From an uncultured Actinomycetes bacterium (GTDB lineage Bacteria > Actinomycetota > UBA4738 > HRBIN12), in NCBI GenBank assembly GCA_963704725.1, contig OY969934.1, positions 1,792,001 through 1,856,000 on the forward strand: a stretch of 64,000 bases of DNA, given 5' to 3'. The notes under the pieces are model-generated. The model saw only the letters and a program-made list of their open reading frames with translations, was not told the DNA's origin and did not search any database. A program made the translations under genes and the position numbers. Positions 9,063-21,155 of the stretch are shown one piece after another (within the stretch, counting starts at the first letter, position 1; the number at the start of each line of letters is the position of its first letter).

Positions 9063-9120
9063 GGGGCGGGGGCTACGCTCACTGGCTGCCGCTCGCTCGC
9101 TCCTCGAGCCCCCGCACCCC
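9063..9120. repeat. REP-like intergenic hairpin
   Basis: Arms GGGGCGGGGGCT and AGCCCCCGCACCCC enclose CGCTCGCTCGCTCCTCG. Confidence 0.55.
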
Positions 9121-9123
9121 CGC

Positions 9124-10167
9124 TCAGGCGGGCAGCCCCGCGGCGGGGACGAGGATCTCCGCGTCGACCCACGTCACCCCGACGCCGAGGTACTGGGCGG
9201 CGGCTTGCGACAGGTCGATCACCCGCTCCAACCGCCCGTACGGGCCCCGGTCGTTCACCAGGACGAGGGCGCAGCGGTCCCCGCTGTGCACCCGCAGGAA
9301 CGTTCCGAACGGGAGCCACCGGTTGGCGGCGGTGAACAACCGGGGGTCGAAGATCGCGCCGGTGGCGGTGGGCTGGCCGCCGAACTCCCACCCGTACCAG
9401 CTCGCGTAGCCCTCGAAGGACTGGCCCGTCTCGACGAGCCCCTCGGGCGTCTCGCAGGTCCGGCCTCCGGTGGGACCGAGCAGCGCGAGCAGGCCGCTCT
9501 GGTCCTGGCCGTAGTCGATCACGTTCAGGTCCCAGCTCCCCGCGCGGGCCACGGCCGCGGCGACCGCCTCGCGCTGGGCCTCCAGCTCGGCTTCCAGGTG
9601 CGCGGCCTCGGCCAGCCGCTCGGCCTCGTCGACCTTGGTTTGCATCACGTCGAGCATCGAGCGGAGCCGTTCGAGCCTCGGCTCCATGGCCTGGCGCGCC
9701 GCCTCCGCCCGGGCCCGGCGCGCGAGGAGATCGGCCTCGGCGACGAGCGAGTCGCGAAGGGCCGAGTCGTCGAGCGAGATCGTCCGCGAGGCGTACTCGG
9801 AGATCGTGGCCATATCCGCGAAGCTCGGCGCGGCGAGCAGCGCCTCGAGGGACCCGGCGGGTCCGAACTGATAGGCGCTGCGGATCCGGGTTCGCAGACG
9901 TGCTGCGGCCTCGTCGACGGCCCGCTGGGCGGAGGCCGCGTCGCGGATCGCCACCACCGTCTCGAGCCAGGCCCGCCCCACCCCGGCCTCCAGCCGGTGG
10001 TAGCGGGCGAGCAGGACGTGGAGCTCGCGGTGCAGCTCCACCAGCCGATGGACCTCCGGCAGGTCTCCCGCCTCGTGCACGAGGCGCCCGATCCCGTGGG
10101 CGTGCGCGGGCACGGCGGGCAGGCTCGCCGCCAGGGCGAGGACGAGGGCGATGGCGCGTCGTCGCAT
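9124..10167 (-). CDS. Secreted coiled-coil protein with a C-terminal RlpA-like (DPBB) lytic transglycosylase domain
   Basis: Signal peptide MRRRAIALVLALAASLPAVPAHA; long helical region; GYASWYG, TAANRWLPFGT, VNDRGPY, RVIDLSQAAA. Confidence 0.85.
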   Translation of the reverse strand: MRRRAIALVLALAASLPAVPAHAHGIGRLVHEAGDLPEVHRLVELHRELHVLLARYHRLEAGVGRAWLETVVAIRDAASAQRAVDEAAARLRTRIRSAYQFGPAGSLEALLAAPSFADMATISEYASRTISLDDSALRDSLVAEADLLARRARAEAARQAMEPRLERLRSMLDVMQTKVDEAERLAEAAHLEAELEAQREAVAAAVARAGSWDLNVIDYGQDQSGLLALLGPTGGRTCETPEGLVETGQSFEGYASWYGWEFGGQPTATGAIFDPRLFTAANRWLPFGTFLRVHSGDRCALVLVNDRGPYGRLERVIDLSQAAAQYLGVGVTWVDAEILVPAAGLPA

Positions 10168-10293
10168 GCGCACGGGTCTACGCTCCCCAGGGTCGGGGCC
10201 GATGCCCGGCCGTACAATCGACCTCGACCCGCGGGAGCCTCTGCTTGAGCCCCGCACCCCGGCGCCACACCCTCGGGAGGAGCTCGGACCAGC

Positions 10294-11319
10294 GTGAAGC
10301 GGATCGGCATCCTGACGGGGGGCGGCGACTGTCCCGGCCTCAACGCGGCGATCCGGGCCGTCGTACGCAAGGCCGTCGGCGCTCAGGGGTGGGAGGTCCT
10401 GGGCTTCCGCGACGGCTGGCGCGGAGTGATGGGCGGCGGCGTCCAGCCGCTCACGGCCGAGTCGGTGCAGGGCATCCTGCACCGCGGCGGCACGATCCTC
10501 GGCAGTAGCGGCTCGAACCCGTACCTCGAGGGCGGCGTCGAGCGGCTCCGGGACGCGTTCCGCGACCTCGCGATCGACGGGATCATCGCGATCGGCGGCG
10601 AGGGCACGCTGGGGGCCGCGGCGGCGCTGACGCAGGACGGGCTGCCGGTGATCGGGATCCCCAAGACGATCGACAACGACCTCACGGGGACCGACACGTG
10701 CATCGGGTTCGCCACCGCGGTCCAGGTGGCGACCGACGCGATCGACCGCCTGCACACGACGGCGGAGAGCCACGACCGCCTGATGATCGTCGAGGTCATG
10801 GGCCGCAGCGCCGGGTGGATCGCGATCGAGTCCGGGATCGCCGGCGGCGCCGACGTGATCCTGATCCCCGAGAAGCCGTTCGACGTCGGCGAGGTGGCCA
10901 CGCATCTGCGCCGGCGGCACCTCCGGGGTCATTCGTTCTCGATCGTCGTCGTGGCGGAGGGTGCTTCTCCGGTGGAGGGGACGATGGACATGCCTGAGTA
11001 CGCCGTCGACGAGCGCGGGTTCACGAGGTTCGGCGGGATCGCCCAGACGCTCGCGCCGATTCTCGAGCGGGAGACCGGGTGGGAGGCCCGGGTGACGGTC
11101 CTCGGCCACGTGCAGCGGGGCGGCAGCCCGGTCGCCGCCGACCGGATCCTCGCCACGCGGTTCGGGACGGCGGCCGTCGACCTCGCGGCGAACGACGGAT
11201 GGGGGCGCATGGTCGCGGCCAGGGGAGAGGACATCGTCGACATCCCCCTGGCCGACGCGGCCAAGGCCCGCTCCGTGCCCAAGGAGCTCCTCGAGGTCGC
11301 CGAGGTCTTCTTCCTATGA
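10294..11319 (+). CDS. pfkA: 6-phosphofructokinase, ATP-type (GGEGT)
   Basis: [41 protein letters not shown]; TACAAT -10 at 10213. Confidence 0.93.
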   Translation: MKRIGILTGGGDCPGLNAAIRAVVRKAVGAQGWEVLGFRDGWRGVMGGGVQPLTAESVQGILHRGGTILGSSGSNPYLEGGVERLRDAFRDLAIDGIIAIGGEGTLGAAAALTQDGLPVIGIPKTIDNDLTGTDTCIGFATAVQVATDAIDRLHTTAESHDRLMIVEVMGRSAGWIAIESGIAGGADVILIPEKPFDVGEVATHLRRRHLRGHSFSIVVVAEGASPVEGTMDMPEYAVDERGFTRFGGIAQTLAPILERETGWEARVTVLGHVQRGGSPVAADRILATRFGTAAVDLAANDGWGRMVAARGEDIVDIPLADAAKARSVPKELLEVAEVFFL

Positions 11320-11335
11320 GCGGGAGGTCGCGCAC

Positions 11336-12484
11336 ATGAAGGTCGGGATCCTGACGGGCGGGGGCGACGTTCCCGGTCTGAACGCGTGCATCAAGGCCGC
11401 GACGATGCGGGCGGTCGAGGAGGGACACGAGGTGGTCGGCATCCGCCGCGGGTGGGGCGGCCTGCTGAACTGCGATCCCGACGACGTCGAGTCCGTCGCC
11501 GCGAACATCGTGACCCTCGATCCCGCCGCCGTGCGCACGATCGACCGGACCGGTGGCACGGTCCTGCACACCTCGCGGACCAACCCCGCGAAGGTCCGGG
11601 CGTCGGAGGAGCCCTCGTTCCTGGCCGACGGGCGGGAGGGGGACGAGCGGCGCGACCACACGAACCACGTGCTCAAGGTGCTCGCCGCCCTGGGGATCGA
11701 GGCCATGATCCCGATCGGCGGGGACGACACGCTGTCGTTCGCCCTGCGCCTGCACGACGAAGGCGTGCCCGTCGTGGCGATCCCCAAGACCATGGACAAC
11801 GACGTCCACGGCACCGACTACTGCATCGGCTTCTCCACCGCCGTGACCCGCACCGTCAACTTCATCCACCAGCTCCGGACGAGCGCCGGCTCGCACGAGC
11901 GCCTGGCGGTGGTCGAGGTCTTCGGGCGCTACAGCGGCGAGACGTCGCTCGTGTCGGCCTACCTGTCCGGCGTGGAGCGCGCCATCATCTCGGAGGTCCC
12001 GTTCGAGATCGAGCGCCTCGCGTCGCTGCTGATGGACGACAAGCGCCGCAACCCGTCCGGCTACGCGATGATGACCATCTCCGAGGGCGCCACGGTCGTC
12101 GGCGGGGAGATGGTCCTCGGCGGCAAGGAGGACGCCTACGGGCATCGCAAGCTCGGCGGCGTCGGGCAGCTCGCCGGGGAGCTGCTGCACGAGATCACGG
12201 GCGAGGGCATCATCAACCAGCAGATCGGCTACCTCATGCGTTCGGGCTCGCCCGACTCGCTCGACCTCATGGTGGCGATCAACTACGCGGTGATGGCCGC
12301 CGACCTCCTGGTCCAGGGGCAGACCGGCCGGCTCGTGGCGCTGCGCAACGGCAACTACGCGAACGTCCCGATCGACGTGACCCGCCAGGGCGTGAAGCGC
12401 GTCGACGTCGGCGCGCTGTACGACGTCGGTCAGTACCGGCCCAAGATCCGCCACGTCGACGGCAAGCCGATGTTCCTGTACTGA
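11336..12484 (+). CDS. 6-phosphofructokinase, predicted PPi-dependent (GGDDT)
   Basis: [31 protein letters not shown]. Confidence 0.88.
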   Translation: MKVGILTGGGDVPGLNACIKAATMRAVEEGHEVVGIRRGWGGLLNCDPDDVESVAANIVTLDPAAVRTIDRTGGTVLHTSRTNPAKVRASEEPSFLADGREGDERRDHTNHVLKVLAALGIEAMIPIGGDDTLSFALRLHDEGVPVVAIPKTMDNDVHGTDYCIGFSTAVTRTVNFIHQLRTSAGSHERLAVVEVFGRYSGETSLVSAYLSGVERAIISEVPFEIERLASLLMDDKRRNPSGYAMMTISEGATVVGGEMVLGGKEDAYGHRKLGGVGQLAGELLHEITGEGIINQQIGYLMRSGSPDSLDLMVAINYAVMAADLLVQGQTGRLVALRNGNYANVPIDVTRQGVKRVDVGALYDVGQYRPKIRHVDGKPMFLY

Positions 12485-12528
12485 CGGCGCCCGGGCGTTC
12501 GGCGCGCGGCCCATATACTGGCCCGACC

Positions 12529-13575
12529 GTGATCGAGTACCGGGTCGACCTGCGTTCGGACACCGTCACGAAGCCCTCGCCGGCCATGCGCCGCGCCATG
12601 GCCGAGGCCGAGGTGGGGGACGACTGGTTCGGGACCGACCCCACCGTCAACCTGCTGCAGGAGCGCGCGGCGGAGGCGGTCGGCAAGGAGGCCGCGCTCT
12701 ACGTCCCGACGGGGACGATGGCCAACCAGATCGGGCTCCGCCTGCACTTCCGGGGGACCGGCCACTTCGTGGTCGCCGAGCGTTCCTCCCACGTCGCGTC
12801 GACCGAGGTCATGAGCTCGGCGGTCCTGTCAGGGATCGCGTTCCGCCCGGTGGCCGGGGACGATCGCGGTCGGATCTCCGCCGAGCAGGTCGCCGCGGCG
12901 CTGGAGGAGGACGAGCCGTACGGCGTCGAGGTCGTCGACCTGGTGAGCGTGGAGAACACGCACGGGCACTCCGGCGGCACGGTGATGGCGGTCGAGGACC
13001 TCCGCGCGATCCGCAAGGTGGCAGAGGAGGCCGGTGTGCCGATCCACATGGACGGGGCCCGGATCTTCAACGCCGCCGCGGCGACGGGGCTCGACGTGAG
13101 CGAGTGGACCCGCGAGGTGGACACGCTCATGTTCTGCGTCTCCAAGGGGCTCGGGGCGCCGGTGGGCTCGCTGATCTGCGGGCCGGCCGAGCTCATGCCC
13201 GAGGCCCGTCGGCTGAAGATCCTGTTCGGGGGCGCCTGGCGGCAGGCCGGGGTGCTCGCCGCCGCGGGCCTGGTCGCGCTGGAGGAGGGTCCGAATCGCC
13301 TGCACGAGGACCACCGCCGGGCCCGGCGGCTGGCCGACGCGCTCGCCGAGATCGTCCCGGGTGGGATCGATCCCGTCTCGGTTGAAACGAACATGGTGTA
13401 TCTCGACACGGAGCCCCTGGGGATGACCCCGCTCGAGGCGATCAAGCGCCTCGAGGGCGAGGGCGTGGGGGCCACGCTCGTGTCCGGCAAGGTGCGGATG
13501 GTCACCCACGTCGACATCGCCGACGACGACGTCGAGACGGCGATCTCGGCGTGGCGCGCCGCCGTCGCCGGATGA
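12529..13575 (+). CDS. ltaE: Low-specificity L-threonine aldolase
   Basis: [38 protein letters not shown] (PLP lysine); TATACT -10 at 12514. Confidence 0.92.
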   Translation: MIEYRVDLRSDTVTKPSPAMRRAMAEAEVGDDWFGTDPTVNLLQERAAEAVGKEAALYVPTGTMANQIGLRLHFRGTGHFVVAERSSHVASTEVMSSAVLSGIAFRPVAGDDRGRISAEQVAAALEEDEPYGVEVVDLVSVENTHGHSGGTVMAVEDLRAIRKVAEEAGVPIHMDGARIFNAAAATGLDVSEWTREVDTLMFCVSKGLGAPVGSLICGPAELMPEARRLKILFGGAWRQAGVLAAAGLVALEEGPNRLHEDHRRARRLADALAEIVPGGIDPVSVETNMVYLDTEPLGMTPLEAIKRLEGEGVGATLVSGKVRMVTHVDIADDDVETAISAWRAAVAG

Positions 13576-13585
13576 GGAGGACACC

Positions 13586-14209
13586 GTGAAGCTGTTCGGA
13601 CCGAAGCACCCGGAGGAGGTCGCCAAGCGGATCCCGCCGGGACAACGACTCGTGAAGACCTGGCCCGTGCTGCACTACGGGCCCATCCCGACCTCCGACG
13701 GAGCGAGCTGGGATCTCGAGGTCTCCGGGCTGGTCGAGGAGCCCTTCACGCTGACGCTGGCCGAGCTCAAGGCGCTCGGGCCGCAGGACGTGACGGCGGA
13801 CATGCACTGCGTCACCGGTTGGTCCACGCTCGACAACACGTGGACGGGCGTCCCGTTCCGGGTCCTCGCCGAGCGGGCGAGGCCGCAACCGGATGCGAAA
13901 TGGGTGATCGCGCACTGCGAGTACGGCTACACGTCGGACCTGTCGCTCGACGCGATGATGGACGACGACGTCCTCGTGGCGTGGGCCCACAGCGGCCAGG
14001 ACCTGACGCCCGACCACGGCTACCCGCTGCGCCTGGTCGTCCCGCAGCGCTACGCGTGGAAGAGCGCCAAGTGGCTCCGCGGGCTCGAGTTCTCCAAGCA
14101 CAACACGCGAGGCTTCTGGGAGGTGCGCGGGTACCACATCCACGCCGACCCCTGGCGCGAGGAGCGGTACAGCTACCAGGAGGGCCCCCGCGCCGAGCTC
14201 GAGGCGTGA
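13586..14209 (+). CDS. Sulfite-oxidase-like molybdopterin oxidoreductase (YuiH-like)
   Basis: PPGQ..WPVLH, DMHCVTGWS, HGYPLRLVVP, WKSAKW, GFWE..GYH. Confidence 0.9.
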   Translation: MKLFGPKHPEEVAKRIPPGQRLVKTWPVLHYGPIPTSDGASWDLEVSGLVEEPFTLTLAELKALGPQDVTADMHCVTGWSTLDNTWTGVPFRVLAERARPQPDAKWVIAHCEYGYTSDLSLDAMMDDDVLVAWAHSGQDLTPDHGYPLRLVVPQRYAWKSAKWLRGLEFSKHNTRGFWEVRGYHIHADPWREERYSYQEGPRAELEA

Positions 14210-14239
14210 GCCGCCGGCGCCCCCTCGTGTGATCGACCT

Positions 14240-15063
14240 CTAGGACGCCAGCGACCGGATCCTCTCGAGCTCGAGCCGGCGGCGCTCGCCGGAGGCCGGG
14301 GTCTCCACCACGAGGGACAGATCTCGGACCTCGGGCCGGTGCAGGATCGCCGCGAAGCCGGCCGGGCCGATCGAGCCCTCGCCGACGACCTCGTGACGGT
14401 CGCGACGCGAGCCGCGACCGTGCTTGGCGTCGTTGAGGTGGATCAGCGCCAGGCGGTCCGCGATCCCGGCCGATCCGAGCTCGTCGAACAGCGCGTCGAC
14501 GCCGGGCGGCTCGTCGAGCGCGTAGCCGGCGACGAACAGGTGACAGGTGTCGAGCACGAGGCCGAGGCGATCGTCGCCGACGGCCTCGAACAGGACGGCC
14601 GCCTCGCCCACGGTGGAGGCCACGGCGCCGCTCGTGGCGGCCATGAGCTCGACCAGCAGGCGGGTCTCGGCCGGCGTCTCCGCCAGGACCGCCCGCAGGA
14701 CGGTCGCCGCGCGCTCGACCGCCGCCTCCGGCTCGCCCGGGCCGCCGGAGCCGGCGTGGACGACGAAACCGCCGGCCCGCAGGACCCCGCACGCGCGAAC
14801 GGACTGCACGCACAGGCTCGACGACTTCTGCAGGAACTCCGGGTTCGGCGAGGCGATGTTGACGAGGTACGGCGCGTGGACGAACAGCGGCCCGATCTCG
14901 CCGGCGCGCCACTCCGCGCCGAACGCCTCCGCGGTCTCGAGGCGGGGGCCGGACCACGCCCGCGGGTTCGAGATGAACAGCTGCGCGGCCTCGGCGCCGA
15001 TCGCCCGCGCCGTCTCGACGGCGGTGCGCAGGCCCCCGGGCGTCCGGAGGTGCGCGCCGATCC

Positions 15064-15067
<4 letters not shown>
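14240..15067 (-). CDS. nfo: Endonuclease IV (AP endonuclease)
   Basis: IGAH, QLFISNPRAW, HAPYLVNIAS, HAGS, LDTCHL, IHLND, DRHE, VET; GTGA overlap with the kinase gene. Confidence 0.92.
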
Positions 15068-16944
<1,877 letters not shown>

Positions 16945-17052
16945 GGTCGCCTCCCGTTGACTCGGTGCCGTTGCGGGCTGCTGGCTGGGGGCCGGGGGCG
17001 CGTCCGAGCACCCATCCTAGGACATCCCGGGCGGGGAACGAGGTAGGCGCCC

Positions 17053-17766
17053 GTGGGCGTTCCCGAGGGCGCGGCCGGCGATCGGGACGCGTTCGAGCGG
17101 ATCGAGCGAGCCGTCGCGCAGGGCCGTACGGACCTCGGAGCGCTCGGCTTCTGGCGGCTCCTCGCCGAGGTCAAGGCCGACCCGGAGCGCGCCGCTCGGG
17201 CGGCCGAGGTCGCGGGCCGGATCGACCGCGCGGCGTTCGAGCGGGCGGTGTCGTGGCGGGTGCCGGTCTGGGTCGGCAACGGTCTCCTCGTCCTGGGGAC
17301 GCTGGCCGGCGCGGGTGCCGTGGCGCTGGCGTTCCGCACCACGTCGGAGCCGGTGGCGGGCCTCGCCCTGCTCGTCGCAGGAGGCGTGTGGTCGGTCACG
17401 TTCCACGACCTGGCCCACTGGCTGGTCGGGCGAGCGGCCGGGATCCGGTTCACCTCCTACTTCGTGGGATGGAGGCCGCCGCCGCCCCGGCCCGGACTGA
17501 AGACCGACTACGCCACGTACCTGCGCGTCTCGCCCACGGCCCGGGTGTGGATGCACGCCTCGGGCGCGATCGCCACCAAGGTGGCGCCGTTCATCGCCCT
17601 GGCGTTCGTCCCGGCCACGGACGCGCCGCCGTGGGCGGGGTGGGGGTTGCTCGGCCTGGGCATCGTGGAGCTCGCCACCGACGCGCTGTTCTCCGTGCGC
17701 TCCAGCGACTGGAAGAAGGTCCGGCGCGAGCTCCGCCTGGCGCGGCGTGTGGCCGGGCGTCGCTGA
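17053..17766 (+). CDS. Hypothetical membrane protein with an M50-peptidase-like HDxxH motif
   Basis: Several hydrophobic helices; TFHDLAHWLVG; fills the gap with typical codon bias. Confidence 0.65.
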   Translation: MGVPEGAAGDRDAFERIERAVAQGRTDLGALGFWRLLAEVKADPERAARAAEVAGRIDRAAFERAVSWRVPVWVGNGLLVLGTLAGAGAVALAFRTTSEPVAGLALLVAGGVWSVTFHDLAHWLVGRAAGIRFTSYFVGWRPPPPRPGLKTDYATYLRVSPTARVWMHASGAIATKVAPFIALAFVPATDAPPWAGWGLLGLGIVELATDALFSVRSSDWKKVRRELRLARRVAGRR

Positions 17767-17794
17767 CGGCGTTTGCGGTTATCCTGCGCCTCGG

Positions 17795-17915
17795 CATCAC
17801 CGGGGAGCTCGGGCGACCGGGCTGAGAGGCGGGTTGGGTTCGGGGCCACAAGGCCCGGGAATCGGCGCCCGCGACCCGACGAACCTGAACCGGGTAACGC
17901 CGGCGGAGGGAGACG
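17795..17915 (+). ncRNA. TPP riboswitch
   Basis: GGGGAGC..GCTGAGAG..GACCC..GAACCTGAACCGGGTAACGCCGGCGGAGGGA directly before thiE; TATCCT -10 at 17780; the aptamer 3' strand includes the SD. Confidence 0.95.
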
Positions 17916-18557
17916 ATGGCGACCTTCGACCACGGCTCGTTGCGGCTCTGCGTCGTGACCTCGAGCGGCCTCGTGCCCGGGCGGGATCACCGCGACGTGG
18001 CGCTCGCGGCGCTCGAGGGCGGTGCCACGTCGATCCAGCTCCGGGCCCCGGAGCTCGACGACGATGCGCTCCGGCCGCTCGCGGCGGAGCTGGCGGAGCG
18101 CTGCGCTGGCGCCGGGGTCCTGTTCGTGGTGAACGACCGGGTGGAGGTGGCGGCGGCCGTCGGCGCCGGCGCACACGTGGGACAGGGCGACGAGCCCGGA
18201 GGCGCGCGGGCCGCGATCGGCGAGGCCTCGGTGCTCGGCATCAGCGTGGCGACCGTGGAGGAGGCCCTGTGGGCCGCGGCGGCGGGGGCCGACTACCTCG
18301 GTGTGACGGTGTGGGCGACGCGCACGAAGCCGGAGGCCACGCCGCAAGGCATCCACGGGCTCCGGGCCGTCGTCGACGCCACCCCCTTGCCGGTGATGGC
18401 CATCGGCGGGATCGACGCGCTGAACGCGCGCGAGGTGATCGAGGCTGGCGCAAGCGGCGTCGCCGTGATCTCGGCGGTCGGCGCGGCCGCCGATCCGGTC
18501 GGCGCCACCCGGGAGCTGATGGAGGCGGTGCGCGGCGCGCGGATGGAGGAGCGATGA
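17916..18557 (+). CDS. thiE: Thiamine-phosphate synthase
   Basis: IQLR, VNDR, HVGQGD, GADYLG, TRTK, AIGGI, GVAVISA; lies under the TPP riboswitch. Confidence 0.93.
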   Translation: MATFDHGSLRLCVVTSSGLVPGRDHRDVALAALEGGATSIQLRAPELDDDALRPLAAELAERCAGAGVLFVVNDRVEVAAAVGAGAHVGQGDEPGGARAAIGEASVLGISVATVEEALWAAAAGADYLGVTVWATRTKPEATPQGIHGLRAVVDATPLPVMAIGGIDALNAREVIEAGASGVAVISAVGAAADPVGATRELMEAVRGARMEER

Positions 18558-19627
18558 CGGAGCAGCGGACGGGCAAGGCCACGGCGGAGATGTTCGAGCG
18601 GGTGATCCTGCGCCGGCTGGGGGCGAGGGACCCCGACGTCCTGGTCGGACCGCGCCACGGCGTGGACGTGGGGGTCGTTCGGGTCGCGGACGGCGTGGCG
18701 ATGGCGCTGACGACAGACCCCGTGTTCGTCGTGCCGGCGTACGGGTGGGAGCGCGCCGCGTGGTTCGCCGTGCACATCCTGGCCTCGGACGCCGCCACGA
18801 GCGGCCTGCCGCTGCGATGGATGGCCGTCGACCTGAACCTGCCTCCGGAGATCACCGACGACGAGCTCACGTCGCTGTGGGACGCGTTCCACCGGGCGTG
18901 CGAGGGGATCGGGGTCGCCGTGGTGACCGGGCACACCGCTCGGTACGACGGCTGCGCCTGGCCCATGGTCGGCGGCGCGACGTGCATCGCGTCCGGGCCG
19001 CAGGACCGCTTCGTCACCCCCGAGATGGCCTCGGTGGGCGACCGCGTCATCGTGACCAAGGGCGCGGCGATCGAGGCCACGGCGCTGTTCGCCGCCACGT
19101 TCCCGGACCGCCTCGCCCGCGGCGTCGGCGACGACGTCGTGAAGGCCGCGGACGCGCTGTTCGAGCAGATGACGGTCGTGCCCGAGGCGACGGTGGCTCG
19201 GGAGTTCGGCCTCCGAGGCGACGGCGTGACGTCGATGCACGACGCCACGGAGGGGGGAGTGCTCGGCGGTCTGGCCGAGGTGGCGGCGGCCTCGGGGGTG
19301 GGCATGCGGGTCGACCTGGCCCGCGTGCCGGTCCGCCCGGAGGTCAAGGCGGTCTGCGACCACACGGGCATGGACCCCTACGCGTCGATCTCCGAGGGGA
19401 CCCTGATCGCGACCGTGGTGCCGCAGCGCGCCGAGGCCTTCCTGTCCGCGCTGGCCGCCGCGGGGATCGACGCCGCCGACGTGGGACTCGTGACCGAGGC
19501 CGCGTCCGGCCGTGTGCTCGTCACCGAGGAGGGCGAGCGCCCCCTCGAGCATCCGGGTCTGGACCCGTTCTGGGGCGCGTTCGGCCGGTGGGCCGAGGAG
19601 GCCGCCGGGATCGCCGCGGCCGGCTGA
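18554..19627 (+). CDS. AIR-synthase (PurM/HypE/ThiL) family protein
   Basis: GK..VLVGPRHGVDVGV, TTDP, SDAATSG, VTGHT, MHDATEGG, ISEGTL; ATGA overlap with thiE. Confidence 0.85.
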   Translation: MTEQRTGKATAEMFERVILRRLGARDPDVLVGPRHGVDVGVVRVADGVAMALTTDPVFVVPAYGWERAAWFAVHILASDAATSGLPLRWMAVDLNLPPEITDDELTSLWDAFHRACEGIGVAVVTGHTARYDGCAWPMVGGATCIASGPQDRFVTPEMASVGDRVIVTKGAAIEATALFAATFPDRLARGVGDDVVKAADALFEQMTVVPEATVAREFGLRGDGVTSMHDATEGGVLGGLAEVAAASGVGMRVDLARVPVRPEVKAVCDHTGMDPYASISEGTLIATVVPQRAEAFLSALAAAGIDAADVGLVTEAASGRVLVTEEGERPLEHPGLDPFWGAFGRWAEEAAGIAAAG

Positions 19628-19646
19628 GACCCCCGCGGCAGGACCG

Positions 19647-20210
19647 TCACACGTAATCCCGAGGGGGACGCGCACGGCGAGCCTTCGCGGGGAGGAACTC
19701 CTCGGCCAGGACGGCGTACCGGACGTGGTCGCGCCACCTGCCGCCGATCTTCAGGTAGCGCGGGGAGTAGCCCTCCCGGCGGAACCCCAGACGCTCGACG
19801 AGCGCGATCGAGCGGTCGTTGCCCGGTTGCACGTTGGCTTCGACACGGTGCAGCCTCATCGGGCCGAACGCCTCTCGGAGGACGAGCCGAAGTCCCTCGG
19901 TCATGTGTCCCCGGCCCTCGAACGGGGTGAACGCTGCATAGCCCAGATACGCGCTCCGGAAGTCGCCGAGGACCATCTGGCTGAGGTTGGCCATCCCCGC
20001 GATCGCGTCGTCCTCCCGCCGCACTACCAGGAACAGCGCGTTGGTCGGTGACTCGGCCCTCGCGACGAGCTCGGCGAAACGCTCCCGCGTCTCGGGAGGA
20101 CGGATCCACCGGCCGTGCAGGGCGCGGCTCGCCCGGACGCGCGCGATGAACGCCTCCTCGTCGTCGCGACGCAGAGGGCGGATCCGCACGCGGAAGGGCG
20201 AGTTCGGCAT
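19647..20210 (-). CDS. RimJ/RimL-family GNAT acetyltransferase
   Basis: SAYLGY, GRGHMTEGL, LHRVEANVQPGNDRS, GFRREG, WRDH. Confidence 0.9.
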   Translation of the reverse strand: MPNSPFRVRIRPLRRDDEEAFIARVRASRALHGRWIRPPETRERFAELVARAESPTNALFLVVRREDDAIAGMANLSQMVLGDFRSAYLGYAAFTPFEGRGHMTEGLRLVLREAFGPMRLHRVEANVQPGNDRSIALVERLGFRREGYSPRYLKIGGRWRDHVRYAVLAEEFLPAKARRARPPRDYV

Positions 20211-20273
20211 CGCCGGCAACGGTACCCGGACCGTCGACCCGGAGGCCCACCCGCGACCGGATAGGGTTCGGCC

Positions 20274-21155
20274 GTGGACGTGGTGACGGTGGGGGACGTG
20301 ATGCTCGACGTGCGCGTGCAGGCCGAGGCGCTCGAGGAGGGCGGCGACGTGCACGGGCGGGTCCTGGTGCGCCCGGGCGGGAGCTCCTCGAACGCCGCGG
20401 TCTGGGCGGCGCACGCCGGGGCCCGGGCCCGGGTCCACGGGCGGGTGGGGGCCGACACGGCCGGGGCCCTGATCCGCGACGAGCTGATCCACCGCGGCGT
20501 CGAGCCGGCCCTGGTCGTCGACCGGGATGCGGACACCGGCACGATGCTCGTCGTGCACGAGCCCGGGGAGCGCTCCATGGTGGCCGACCGCGGCGCGAAC
20601 GGCCGGCTCGGGCCCCGCGACCTGCCCGAGCGGTTGGAGGCCGCCGCGGTCCTCGTCTCCGGCTACCTGCTCCTGTACGAGCCGACGTTCGCCGCCGCCA
20701 GGGCCGCGCTCGAGCGGGCCTCGGCCCGCTTCCTCGCCGTCGACGCCGCGTCGTGGCCGATGCTCCGCGACTTCGGTGTCGATCGGTTCTTCGACGTGAC
20801 GGCCGCGGCCAACACGATCTTCCTGAACGAGCGGGAGGCCGAGATCCTCACGGGCCGCCGAGGGGAGGACGCGGCGGACGCCCTGTCGGACCGGTTCCGG
20901 GTCGTCTGCGTCAAGCTCGGGGAGGCCGGCGCGGTGATGTCCTGGGAGGGTCTCGTGATCCGCTTCGGGGGCACCACGATCCGCGAGGTCGACCCCACGG
21001 GCGCGGGGGACGCGTTCGACGGCGTGCTGCTGGCGCAGCTCGCGGCGGGTCGCTCGCCGGGCGACGCGCTGCACGCGGCGTGCCGGGCGGGGGCGGTCGT
21101 CGCGTCCAGCTACGAGACGTGGCCGGAACGCCGGTCCGAGGTCGCGCCGGGATGA
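20274..21155 (+). CDS. PfkB-family kinase, probable pseudouridine kinase
   Basis: PGGSSSNAA, NEREA, VKLGEAG, DPTGAGDAF; coupled to psuG; TAGGGT -10 6 nt before the GTG. Confidence 0.85.
   Translation: MDVVTVGDVMLDVRVQAEALEEGGDVHGRVLVRPGGSSSNAAVWAAHAGARARVHGRVGADTAGALIRDELIHRGVEPALVVDRDADTGTMLVVHEPGERSMVADRGANGRLGPRDLPERLEAAAVLVSGYLLLYEPTFAAARAALERASARFLAVDAASWPMLRDFGVDRFFDVTAAANTIFLNEREAEILTGRRGEDAADALSDRFRVVCVKLGEAGAVMSWEGLVIRFGGTTIREVDPTGAGDAFDGVLLAQLAAGRSPGDALHAACRAGAVVASSYETWPERRSEVAPG

Noticed and set aside
18554-19627. Hydrogenase maturation protein HypE
   Set aside because: No C-terminal PRIC motif, no hyp genes nearby, and the gene is under TPP control.
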